Origin: Leucoraja ocellata
Taxonomy: Eukaryota
Direction of reading: 5' to 3'
DNA length: 64,000 bases
NCBI GenBank assembly: GCA_036785375.1
Contig: JAWMAR010000021.1
Span: forward strand, 3,100,001-3,164,000
Below the pieces are notes generated by a model that was not told where the DNA came from, made no database searches, and was given only the letters and a program-made list of their open reading frames with translations. Every line of letters starts with the position of its first letter. Position 1 is the first letter of the stretch. The translations under genes and the position numbers were made by a program. Positions 1-12,120 of the stretch are shown piece after piece.

Positions 1-240
1 TGGATCTTTTTCTCAAACATTATGGAGGGCACTGTATAATCTATTGATTCCACACTTTGAGCTTTTAGTTACATTCACAAAAAGAGTCATCTGATATTCA
101 AACATGATTTTCCCTTCAAAAATCTATATTGACTGTCTAATCACATTGTGATTTCACCCCATTAGTATTGATGAACTTTTGTAGGTGACAGATGACTGGC
201 CAAGAGTTCTCTTTTTTGCCTTTTGTTCATTTCTTAAACA

Positions 241-517
241 GCAGTGGTACAGTGGTAGAGTTTCTGCTTTACAGTGCCAGAGCCCCAGGTTTGATGCTGT
301 CTGTACAGTTTGCACGTTCTCCCTGTGACCATGTGGGTTATCTCCAGGTGCTCTGGTTTCCCTCCACATTCCAAAGACGTGCAGGTTGGTTGGTTAATCG
401 GGTTCTGTAAATTGTCCCTAGTGTGCAGGATAGAACTGGTATACAGGTGATTGCTGGTCGGCATGGACTTGGTGGGCTGAAGGGCCTGTTTCCACGCTGT
501 ATCTCTAAAATAAACTA
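241..517 (+). mobile_element. tRNA-derived SINE (HE1/V-SINE-like)
   Basis: A/B-box-like head (gtggtacagtggtagag...ggtttgatg), conserved core gagtttgYacgttctccc, and CR1-like tail gaagggcctgtttcc...ctaaa. Confidence 0.85.
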
Positions 518-528
518 AGTAGTACATT

Positions 529-659
529 GCTAGAAGAAGGGTCTCGATGCGAAACGTTGCATATTTCCTTCGCTACATAGATACTGCCTCACCCTCTGAG
601 TTTCTCCAGCATTTTTGTCTACCTTCGATTTTCCAGCATCTGCAGTTCCTTCTTAAATA
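529..659 (+). mobile_element. Solo Penelope-terminus (pLTR-like) unit with a 5'-clipped hammerhead motif
   Basis: 13-bp TSD taagtagtacatt (516-528 and 660-672). Begins gaagaagggtctcgatgcgaaacgtt. Confidence 0.8.
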
Positions 660-679
660 TAAGTAGTACATTTACTATC

Positions 680-1530
680 TTCAAATCTGCTAGATTTTAT
701 CCAGAATATATTTTACTTAAGCGGCCACCGCTTTTGGATACCTTGGAATCTATAAAGGCCAGGAAATTTGTCTGGTATTAATTTCTACATATTTTTTTTT
801 TGGTGATATTTATTACCTTGGGCGTCATTAAACCCTTGGTTCCCTTCCATTTCTGCAACATTTGCTTTCTTGTGTGAAGACTGATATAAAATATTTGAAG
901 CTTAAGCTATTTCTATATTACCATAATTTCTCTTGCCACTTTCTTTATGATTCCCACATTTTCCTGCTCTCTTTTTGCACATTTTATATTTCTTGCCAAC
1001 TTGCAATCATATTCTATTTTGTCTCTCCGTCAGTATTTGGTCATTTGGTATATCTTGCTAAAACCTCTTCAATCGAGCTTCTATAGTTTATAAACTTGGT
1101 TGAATCATAATATTCTTGATATTGTAAGTTAGCTATGGACAGATCATTTCCTTTTGAAGTTATTATTTCTTAAACTTAGTTTATCCAATGACAGATATTT
1201 TAATCTAATTTCCTTTTCTAACTTAGTCAACACACTCCTCATATCTAGATAATTGGTCTCAGTTAAAATCAAGGCATTAATTTCTAACTGAGATGTCACT
1301 TTCTTGAACTCAATATTGCAATCATTCTCTGGAGGATCCCTTAATGAGATTGCTAATTATCTTTGTGATATAACACAAGATAAGATCTCAGACAACCGAT
1401 TCCTCAGTTTGTTTGATGACCTATATTTCCAGAAACACATCCTTAATATACTCAATAACCTGATCCCACAAAATATTTTTGCCAATTTGATTTATCAGTC
1501 GATAGGGCGAATAAACTCTATCTTTATTAT
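680..1530 (-). mobile_element. Highly decayed CR1 LINE fragment (also 1-240)
   Basis: Residual similarity by eye to the CR1 ORF2 sequence at 42679-44138. Confidence 0.45.
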
Positions 1531-1544
1531 TACAAGATGTTCTC

Positions 1545-2120
1545 TATTATATTTTTACACTATAGAAAGCTTACTGTCAGGTTGCATCACAGCTTGGTTT
1601 GGGATCAACTCTGCCCAAGACTGCAAGACATTGCAGAAAGTTGTGGACGCAGCCCAGTCCACCACACAGACCAGAATCCCTACCATTGACACCATCTACA
1701 CTTCATGCTGCCTCGTCATTCCTTCTTCTATCTGCACCTGTCTGGCTGAAGACACAAAAGTTTGAAAGTGTGCACCAGCAGACTCATAAACGGCTTCATA
1801 CCCTATGATCAGACATCTGAACAGTCCTTCCGTAAGCTAGGGTGATGTCCCATTCACCTCTACCCCATTGTGGATATTGAACTTTGTCTATGGAACTGAT
1901 GCACAACATTGCTGAGAATTATATTCACAAGTTATAGAAGTAGAATTAGGCCATTTCTCCCATCGCGTCTACTCCGCTATTCAATCATGACTGATCTTTG
2001 TCTCCTCTGTATCTTCCCCATTGCTCTACCTATTGTACGAGTTTGTCTTGATTGTAATTATGTACGGTATATCTGATCTGATTGGATAGCATGCAAAAAA
2101 AAACTTTTCATGTGATAATA
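1545..2120 (+). mobile_element. Rex1/Babar LINE 3' fragment, interrupted by a short CR1 tail
   Basis: ORF 1304-1765 ends YFYTIESLLSGCITAWFG...CKTLQKVVDAAQS, a Rex1 C-terminal motif. Confidence 0.75.
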
Positions 2121-3236
2121 ATAACTTACACCTGCTATTTCTTGTTTCTTTAATGGTATTGCAAGAATGGAGAATTATTTCAAATGCAGAGAATATCATG
2201 GAAAAGAACACATACTGTTTATTACCTTACAATGACAATTTGTAAATCTTTCTCCCAAGATCAAGATATCAATCTGCACCTTCTACTTTGGTACAGTATT
2301 TAAACTTTGGTTCTAAATTACAATTGGTAATTTATACAAAAGGGCAACTATTGTGTGAAAATTAAGAAAATCTGCAGCTGCTGGAAATCCAAAATCAATT
2401 AGTTTATTAGAGATCAGTCCTGATGAAGTGATTTCAACCTGAAACTGGTTCTCTTTCCACAGACGGTGCTGACCTCACATGTTTTTTTTACCATTTTCTA
2501 TTTTTATTGCAACCATTGTGTGGCGCTTTGATGAACCTTATGCAAAATTGGCCTATGCTACCTAACCTTGGTGAAGGGATGTTAATTTTATTATTGTATT
2601 GTATAAGTGCAATTTGAAACTGGATCTGTGACTGGTGTGCTGTACTATTTTAAGAACCTGCCAAATCTCGGTTGAATAGTTTTATCCAAACTATTTTGAA
2701 TAACGTCAAAGGACGATAAATATGAGTATGACCACCTGCTGGCAATATGTGGGGAATTCATTATTCATTCACCCGGGACAAGAAGGAGAATCAAGTTTGA
2801 ATACCTTTGATTAATGTGAATGCGACAGTCAGCTAGTAGATCAAAGATAACATTGAAAGATTAAATGTTATATCTTCCAATGAAATTCAAAACAGATCGT
2901 GGAGTCCAAAGGATTAAAAAATGTTGCATTTGCTTTGCTATTAATGCTCTTTCACTTTTTCAATGATGCTGGTAATTATGATTTGAGGAATATACATAAC
3001 ATGGAGTCAAACACATTTACTCTATTATTTTGAACATATGGGCGGAAGAAAGTTGTTGAATAATTTAGCGATTTTAAATTTCAACAAATATATCAATTAT
3101 ATTGAATTACCTGACGAAAACCCCAACACAATTTGTGGCCACAGTATTTGCTGGCAATCTTATTTGTTAAATAAATTATTTAATAAACAATTACATTCAA
3201 TGAAACCAGATTGCAGCTATCTTCTGCAAGACTCAC

Positions 3237-3268
3237 CTGCTTTGTCAATTTCTTTGTATTCAGCTTAC
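3237..3268 (-). CDS. MICU2: MICU2 32-nt coding exon (equivalent of human exon 3)
   Basis: ttttattctatttcatccctag|GTAAGCTGAATACAAAGAAATTGACAAAGCAG|gtgagt. In phase 1 it gives (G)KLNTKKLTKQ, versus human RKTSVKKLTKK. Length and phase fit the upstream exon. Confidence 0.88.
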
Positions 3269-3670
3269 CTAGGGATGAAATAGAATAAAATTACATTTAG
3301 ATTAGTGTGTAAATATGAACATGTTATATACTGTCAGATCACCTTCATAGCTGGCATGCTGAAAAGGAAACTAGATGAGGATATCCTTAAAAATAAATGT
3401 GCAAAGGTCATCACTATAGGCAATGGTTCCACAAACTGGATGTCAGTATAGGTAACCCTATTTAATGAGGGAGTAAGAGAACAGAAAATTACAAAACAGT
3501 TATCCTAACAGCGGTGTTAGGGAAAATTCCAGAGTATTATCTATTATCTCAGGATACTGAGATTCATGAAAAGGAAATCGTTATTGACAAATCTATATTT
3601 TTAGGTTGTAACTAGCAGAATAGAGAAGGAGGAAACTGTGCATGTGAAATATTTAGACTGTTACTCTTTT

Positions 3671-3840
3671 GACTTTACTTTAGAGATCCAGCGCAGAAAC
3701 AGCCCTTTCAGCCCACTGAGTCCGCACTTACCAGCGGTCACCCTGTACACCAGCACTATTCCTACACACTAGGGACAATTTACAATTTACACAAGCCAAT
3801 TAACCTACAAACCTGCATGTCTTTGGAGTGTGGGAGGAAA
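3671..3840 (-). mobile_element. HE1-like SINE, 3' half
   Basis: Same core and tail as the other copies. Truncated where the L1 begins. Confidence 0.75.
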
Positions 3841-3844
3841 CATC

Positions 3845-6800
3845 TTTTAAAATCTTTTTATTAGTTTTTCTTCCAAAAAACAAAAACAAAATTTTAAAAA
3901 AGCAAAAAGAATAATGATATTGATAATAATGATATTGATACATGGGGATCAGGATTACATTAATAACAGGTACAACCTAAATATGAGTCCAGTGTCAAAA
4001 TACACATTGAATATAGACCTCCCGGTCTCTATACATAGTTAAATGTTTAAAAGAAAACATATATGTAGTAAAAAACAAAAAGATAAAAAGAAAAAAAAGG
4101 AAGAAACATAAAACCCCCTAAACTAAAGAGAGAAAAAAAAGCAAAACAGAGTCTGAGCAGAGAATTTCAACAATTTAAGTCTGTTTGTCGTCAAGTCCGT
4201 TCCACCATATAGAGGTAAAATAGTTTTTATAACGGTTAGAGAGGGAGCAATTTATGTTGTGTGAATACATTTTCCCCAAGTCTAATCAAATTTAACCAAG
4301 GCTTCAACAATGTCATTCCTGATTTTTTCTAAATTTAAACATTATATCATTTCAGAGTACCAATGGAGTGTGGTTGGAGGGTTGGAGTCTTTCCATTTAA
4401 ATAAAATAGATCTTCTGGCGATTAATGTGGTAAAAGCAATCAACCGATGGGTGGAGCAGGACAAATGAATAGAATCTAATATTGGTAGCCCAAAAATTAC
4501 AGTAATAGGATGAGGTTGTAAATCAATACCTAAAACTACAGAAATAGTATCAAAATTGTCTTTCCAATATTTTTCCAAAAGTGGGCAGGACCAAAACATA
4601 TGGGTCAGTGAGGCCACTTCAGAGTTACATCTGTCACAGGTAGGATTTATATGACCATAAAAATTATCTTTTGACATATGAACTCTGTGAACCACCTTGA
4701 ATTGTATCAGAGCGTGTCTTGCACACATTGAGGAGGTATTGACTAATTGAAGAATCCTCTCCCATTTCTCTATAGATAGAGAAATTTGGAGTTCTCTTTC
4801 CCAGTCATTCTTAATTTTATCAAATATATCTATTTGTAATTTCAAAATCATATATAGTTGTTATTAATCCTTTCTGATAAGGGTTCAAATGTAATTTTTT
4901 TCCAAAATTTCGGTTTGATGTGGTAGCGAAAAAAGGGTAGAGTAGCCTTCAAAAAATGTCTAATTTGTAAATATCTAAAAAAGTGTGAATTAGGTAAATT
5001 ATATTTATTGGAGAGTTGTTCGAAAGACATAAAACAACCATCCAAAAAAAAATCACGAAAAGCTACTAATCCCTTCCTCTTCCATAACAGAAAGGCTTGA
5101 TTAGTACTAGAAGGTTGGAAGAAAAAATTAGATAAGATAGGACTCGAAAAGATAAAATCACTTAGTCCAAAAAAACGTACGAAATTGAAACCATATTCGA
5201 AACATATGTCTTATTATTGGGTTAGTCATATATATTTATTCAATCTCGTAATTGTAAAAGGTAACGAGGCCCCTAGAATAGAAACCAATGATAGCCCTTG
5301 TAAAGAATCACTTTCAAGATTTATTCATCCTGGGCATTGGGTATCTTCTAAATCTTTTGTCCAAAATGTTAGATAATGAACATTAATTGCCCAATAGTAT
5401 AATCTAAGGTTCGGCAATGCCAAACCACCATCTTTTTTTGATTTCTGTAAGTATTTTTTACTTAGTCTGGAATTTTAATTCTGCCATATATATATATATA
5501 TATATGAAGAAATTTTGGAATCAATAATATCAAAGAAAGATTTGGCAATAAAAATTGGTATCGTCTGAAATAAATACAAACATTTAGGCAAAATGAACAT
5601 TTTAATAGCATTGATTCGGCCGATTAAAGATAAGGACATTGGTGACCATTTAATAAACTGTTGTTTGATATGGTCAATTAAAGGCATAAAATTAGCTTTA
5701 AATAAATCCTTGTGTTTCTTGGTGATCTTAATACCTAGATAAGTAAAACTTTCGGTAGTCAATCTAAGTGGAAACTGTCCATAATTCGAAACTAGATAAG
5801 TTTAATGGAAAAAGCTCACTCTTACTAAGATTTAGTTTATAACCAGAGAAACTACTAAATTGATTAAGTAATGCTACTATTGCCGGAATAGATTTCTCGG
5901 GATTAGAAATGAATAATAACAGATCATCTGCATAAAGTGATAGCTTATGTGTCTTATTCCTGTGGACAATACCAAAAATATTAGGGGATTCCCTAATAGC
6001 GGTGGCCAAAGGTTCCAAAGCAATATCAAACAGTAAAAGACTTAAAGGACAGCCCTGTCTAGTACCTCGAAAGAGCCTGAAAAAAGGGAGGCTCTGATTA
6101 TTAGTAATTATAGAAACCTGAGGTATATGATATATCAGCTTGATCCAAGAAATAAATTTTGGACCAATCTTAAATTTTTCAAGTGTATTGAATAAGTATT
6201 CCCAATCTACTCTATCAAACGCCTTCTCGGCATCAAGTGAAATGACATATTCTAGGGGTTTATTTGATGCTGTATATACAATATTCATTAATCTCCTAAC
6301 GTTAAAGTATGAGTAACAATTTTTAATAAAACCTGCCTGATCTTCAGAGATAATTTGCGGTAAAATATTTTCCAATCTCATAGCTAATATTTTGGAAAGA
6401 ATTTTGGAATCTACATTTAACAGTGATATAGGTCTATATGATGTCACTTCAGTAGGGTCTTTATCTTTTTAAAGAATTAAAGAAATAGATGCTTCATAAA
6501 AGGATTGTGGTAATCTATTCCTTAAAAAGGCTTCTTTAAAAACCTTGCATAGCCAGGGAGACAATAAACTTGAAAAATACTTTAAAAATTCTACTGTAAC
6601 CGCATCTAAACCGGGAGCTTTACCAGAATTCATTGAAAGGATTGCTTTCTGTATTTCTTCTTCCGTGATTGGTTAATCTAACAGAGACTCATTATGTGGT
6701 AAATTTGGCGTTCAGTTTCTTTAAAAACTCACGCATTATATTGGAATCAGTAGGAAATTCTGATTGGTATAGTGAGGTATAAAATTCCTGAAAGAATTTA

Positions 6801-8100
6801 TTAATTTTGTCATGGTCTACAGTTAGTGTACCATCCCGTTTACTCACTTTACTCACCGCTCTCAACTGATTAGTGAGTAATTTACCAGATTTTTCGCCAT
6901 GTATATAAAATTGACTTTTGGTTTTAAGTAGCTGGTTCTCAATCGGTGATACTAATAGCAAATCATATCTCAATTGAAGTTCAACTCTATTCTTATAGAG
7001 CTCTAAACAAGGAGTTTTTGAATATTTTTTATCAATTTCTTTAATCTCATCAACCAATATACGTATTTCTTTTTGAATTTGTTTTTTTAATCCCCCGGAG
7101 TATGAAATAAATTGTCCACTAATATATGCCTTAAAAGCATCCCAGACTACACCATTGGATATTTCTTCAGTAGAGTTTGTCAAGAAGGAAAAAACAATCT
7201 GATCTTTAATAAAATAACAAAATTTAAGTCTTGAAGCAAAGTAGCATTAAATCGCCATTGTTTAGCACTAAACTTGGAATCAGGTAGTTTCATTGATAGT
7301 TTCAATGGTGCGTGATCAGAAATAGCAATTGCATCATACTCACATGCAGTGACCGATGATGCTAGCCAAGAATCTACTATAAAGTAGTCAATCCTACAGT
7401 AACTATGATGTACATGAGAGAAAAAAAGAAAATTCTTTGTCATTTGGGTGTAAGAATCTCCAAACTTCTAGCATTCCAGAGTCAAGTAAAAAAGAATTGA
7501 TAAAACTATCTGATTTATTTGGAAGCACATGATCAGATGTAATCTGTCAATCAAGGGGTTCAGACAGCAGTTGAAATCTCCACCCATTATTAAAAAGTGT
7601 TCATTTAAATTAGGAAATGATGCAATTAGCTGTTTAAAAAAACTCAGGGTGATCAATATTTGGTGCTTAAACATTCACCATAACAACTTTTGCTTATAAA
7701 GAACACCAGTAATCACCAAAAATCTACCATATGGATCAGAAATAGAAGAGTCAATAAAAATAGAGACTCCTTTCACTTTAGCCTGTGAATTTGAATGAAA
7801 CTGCTGTCCTCTCCAAAATTTGAAAAATCGTTGATTGTCATCTTGCCTTACATGAATTTCCTGAACAAAAATAATCTGAGCATTTAGTCTGCGAAGAACT
7901 GTTTTCCTCTTAATGGGATGGTTCAAGCCATTCCATGAAAGGAAGTTAATAACTTTATCCATATTGCTTGTAAAAATCATGTGGGATGTAAAGGGTTAAT
8001 TTCTTCAAGCCTAATAGTTCATGATACTGGAAGAAGAAAAATCTAGGGTGGAGCCAGAAGTGATGACATTTCAGACATTTTTGTAGTTAGATTTTGCACA
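3845..8100 (-). mobile_element. L1-clade LINE, frameshifted ORF2 plus 3' UTR
   Basis: APE endonuclease (SWNGLN, GGDFN, RIDYF, ISDHAP; 7180-7980). RT (YRPISLLNVD, GTRQGCPLS, LYADDLL; 5764-6447). C-terminal CDRC..HMFWSC zinc knuckle (4342-4851). T-rich end near 3850. Confidence 0.95.
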
Positions 8101-9166
8101 AATAAAAAACACTAAATAAGAAACAAGAGACCCCTCCCCAGGCATACCTTGAGGACATTTCGAAGTGAGGCACTCAAAATTTAGAACCAAGGAACAGCAG
8201 ATGCTGGTTTACAAAAAGGGACACAAAGTGCTGGAGTAACTCAGCGTGTCAGGCAGCATTTCAATAGAACACCGATAGCAGGAGAGTCACACTTTGTGTC
8301 CTTTTCTTCCCACCCATCACTTACTTGCCAGGATTTATCCCAACCCCACTTCGGTTTTCCAGCTTTCTCCTCTTTACTCCAACCAGACTGAAGAAGGCTC
8401 AATCCAAAACAACATCTGCCCATTCCCTCACCAGATGTTGCCTGACGCTAGGATTTTCCAGCACGTTGTCTTTTGTTCAAGATTCCAGCATCTGCAGTCT
8501 CTTGTGTATCCATCCATCTTTGTTCATGTCCTTCTATCACTCTCCAATCGCACAATCATAAAATCACTTGCTTCGTTTTTCCAGCTGTCAGCGTTCTCCC
8601 AATCCCTTGTATATAAACTTCCTAAATGTCAAATGGTCTAGCCTTTAACCACCTGTTTTCCATGACATTTCAATGTCAACCATCTGCCCACACACTGAAT
8701 TCCACTTCTGAACCCCCAATCCCCATTCAACCCATTATTCCCCCATACCCTATCAGCTCCAGTCCAAGAGACACTGATTTGAAGGATTTAGTAGGAAATT
8801 GGTTACATCAATTATGGCTAGATCTAACAGAACCACTTAAAGCACTTTCTGTCAAAACACTGAGCCGTCAAAACCGGTTAGGCTTTCAAGATAATCTCAG
8901 AATAAAAATGATTTTATTGGACCATTCTCTCCTTTGTTGTTCACTCTATCCTCCAAAAGCAAACGTGAGAAGCTTGTGCACTTATTTGCCACTAAGATCA
9001 CCACGCTTCTCACTACCCGACCTGTTCTGATTGCCAATTGTCTTCCTATACTTGGCCCAGTGATTTTCCCAACTCCTTTTGTTGACCTCTTGTTCCGAAA
9101 GATCATTTTTCCTGCCCCTTTTTTCATCTTGTTCATTGTGTGGCATTTTATCAACAAGGAAGTGAA

Positions 9167-10027
9167 ACAATAGACAATAGGTGCAGGAGTAGGTCATTCG
9201 GCCCTTCGAGCCAGCACCGCCATTCAATGGGATCATGGCTGATCATCCACAATCAGTACCCCATTCCTGCCTTCTTTCCACATCCCTTAACTCCGGTATC
9301 CCTAAGAGCTCTATCTAACTCTCTCTTGGAAGCATCCAGAGAACCAACCTCCACTTCCCTCTGAGGCAGAGAATTCCACACTCATAACTCTCTGTGTGAA
9401 AATGTTTTTCCTCATCTCCGTTCTAAATTGCTTACGACTTATTCTTATTCTTAAACTATGGCCCCTGGTTCTGGACTCCCCCAACATTGGGAACACGTTT
9501 CCTGCCTCTAGTGTGTCCAAACCCTCTCTCATCCTTCTAAATTCCAGAGTATACAAGCCCAGCCGCTCCAATCTATCAACATATGACAGTCCTGCCATCC
9601 CGGGAATTAACCTCGTGAACCTACGCTGCACTTCCTCAATAGCAAGAATGTTCTTCCTCACGTTTGGAGACCAAAACTGCACACAATACTCCAGGTGTGG
9701 TCTCACTCGGGCCTGTACAACTGCAGGAGGACCTCTTTGCTCATATACTCAACTCTTCATGTTATGAAGGCCAACATGCCATTAGCCTTCTTCACTGCCT
9801 GCTGTACCTGCATGCTTACTTTCAGTGACTGATGAACAAGGACCCCTAGATCCCGTTGTACTTCCTCTTTTCCCAACTTGACACCATTTTGATAATAATC
9901 TGCCTTCCTGTTTTTGCCACCAAAGTGGACAACCTCACATTTATTCACTTTAAACTGCATCTGCCATGCATCTACCCACTCACCCAACCTGTCCAAGTCA
10001 CCCTGCATCCTCATAGCATCCTCACAG
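9167..10027 (-). mobile_element. CR1 LINE 3' fragment
   Basis: ORFs MQGDLDRLGEW.. and RPHLEYCVQFWSP..; CR1 3' UTR with a (ctattgt)n tail. Confidence 0.93.
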
Positions 10028-10509
10028 GTCAATATAACACGGGTAGGAAGGAATTGCAGATGCTGGTTTATACTGAAGATAGAAGCAAAATGCTGGAGTA
10101 ACTCAGCAGGTCAAGCAGCATCTCTGGATAAAAGGAATCGGGTTAGAACCGTTCTTCAAACCCTGTATACCACCATCACTTACCTAATGTATGGAAGTGT
10201 ATAAAATAACACAAACTCGAAAGTATAATACATATAGCAATACCTCGACTGGTGAGAAATACAACCTTGTTTAGTTCAGTATGAAGTTTAATTAATGGGT
10301 GTGAGAATCTTTTTCTCCTTGGTTTCCTCCTGCCTTTCCCAAATCCGCATGCTTCTGAGTTCACACCAGTTTGCTGATGATCTGTGTCCATAGGCATGTG
10401 GTAGGGATGCTTTTACCTTGTAGAGTCTCAGATACAGATTGCCGAGAACTTCATCACAGATTGTTCTTAGCAATGAGGAGCAATGCGGAAATTTTGTTTT
10501 TTTTTCCAC

Positions 10510-10740
10510 AAAGGGACACAAATTACCGGAGTAACTCAGCAGATCAGGCAGCATCCATGGAGAACATGGAAAGGTAACGTTTTAAGTCAAGACCATTCTC
10601 CAGACTGTCTGAAGAAGGGTGTCAATCCAAAACATCACCTATCCATGTACTCCATGGATGCTGCCTGACCTGCTGAGTTACTCCAGCACTTGGTGTCCTT
10701 TTGTGTATTAACCAGCCTCTATAGTTCTTTGTTTCTACTT
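10510..10740. repeat. Inverted pair of pLTR/hammerhead units
   Basis: gagtaactcagca..ggcagcatccatggag followed by its reverse complement. Confidence 0.75.
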
Positions 10741-11571
10741 CTATAAATTTCTGCACTTGTTTTTAAAAACCATCATTGTGGTATCTTTTAAATATTTGTG
10801 CAATAGTAATTATTGTTAGTATTTAAAAGAAGCAGGGCAACTATTTAAAAAAAGGCACTATGGTAGTACAATATATTACATTTTCTATCTCTGTCTTTTG
10901 AAAAAGCACAGAAGTCCGCGCGCACACCGTATCAAGTTCATCAGGCGTGCCAAAACCACATTTGAGATGGAGGTGAAGAGTGTATTAATATATTGCAGTG
11001 TTTCTGTGTGTTGGCCTGGCATGTGCGTCTGTGCCTGTGCACTCTGATGGACAGCAAGAGACAGCTCACGTGGAAACACATGTTATAAGATCCTTGGGAA
11101 TGTCAATGGACCAGTGCGAGCAGATCACTGATGAATTCTCCGTATCGCCCTGTCAGGGAGGTTGTTGTAAAGACTTGTGCAGTCTGAGCTCAGAAATTCA
11201 TTAGATAACATCTCCATGGAAACTTTGTTAACATTAGTTAAGACTGGCGGATACAAAGCCAAGAATTTTATTAACATTCCTCTATTAAAACCAAGAGAAT
11301 TCATATTATTGGCGGTACAGTTGCTAATTTTATCTCCTTCTGATACCTTCCAATTAGAAAACCAATGCCCTGGGACAAAGATCTATCTCCCTTCTTCTTT
11401 ATCCCATCACCTTCTAGTTTCTCTCACCCTTTCTGCCTTTCTACCTCCTCTCTTTACTGTGAACATTGTATTCACAAGATCCATCTTCTACTCGTTCCAT
11501 TCTATTTTCATTAAGCTTGCCCACCTGCCTGCCCACCCTTCCTGGTCCTCATTTCGCTGATATTATTATCA

Positions 11572-12050
11572 CAACAACGCCTCTACTTCCAAAGGAGACT
11601 GAGGACATTTGGCATGTCTCCAATGACTCTTGCAAACTTCTACAGATGCACCATGGAAAGCATACTGTTGAGTTGCATCACAACTGGGTTTGGGAACAAG
11701 ACTGCAAGAAATTGCAGAGAGTTGTGGATGTAGCCCAGTCCATCACTTAAACCAGACATTCCACCATTGAATCATGCTGCACTTTATGCTGCTTGGAAAA
11801 GCAGCCAACATAATCAAAGACTTGTACCACCGAGGTTTTCATTCTCCTCCCTGTTCCAATCCAGCAGAAGGTACAGTAACTTAAAAGCATGCACCACCAG
11901 ACTCAGGAACAGCTTCTTTCCCTCTGTTATCAGACTTCTGAACGGTCCTTCTATTAGCTAGGGTGCAGTCTGATTTACCTCAATCCCATTGCAGTCATTG
12001 GACTTTGTGTATGGAACTGATGCATTACAATGCTGACAACTACATTCTGT
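11572..12050 (+). mobile_element. Rex1/Babar LINE 3' fragment
   Basis: QDCKKLQRVVDVAQSIT and TTRLRNSFFPSVIRLLN motifs. Confidence 0.8.
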
Positions 12051-12120
12051 GTCCTCCCCATCCAATTTTGCTGACTCCATGTGTAGAGTTGACAATTCAA
12101 TAGGCTCTGTAATTCCAGAA

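Noticed and set aside
3111-3158. AG...GT-bounded 48-nt segment as the next MICU2 exon
   Set aside because: The translation (IASKYCGHKLCWGFRQ) does not resemble the expected ...FFRDLGDKG exon and the pyrimidine tract is poor. The next exon probably lies left of the window.
8897-9236. Overlapping charged ORFs in unique sequence
   Set aside because: No recognisable homology and no convincing splice sites.
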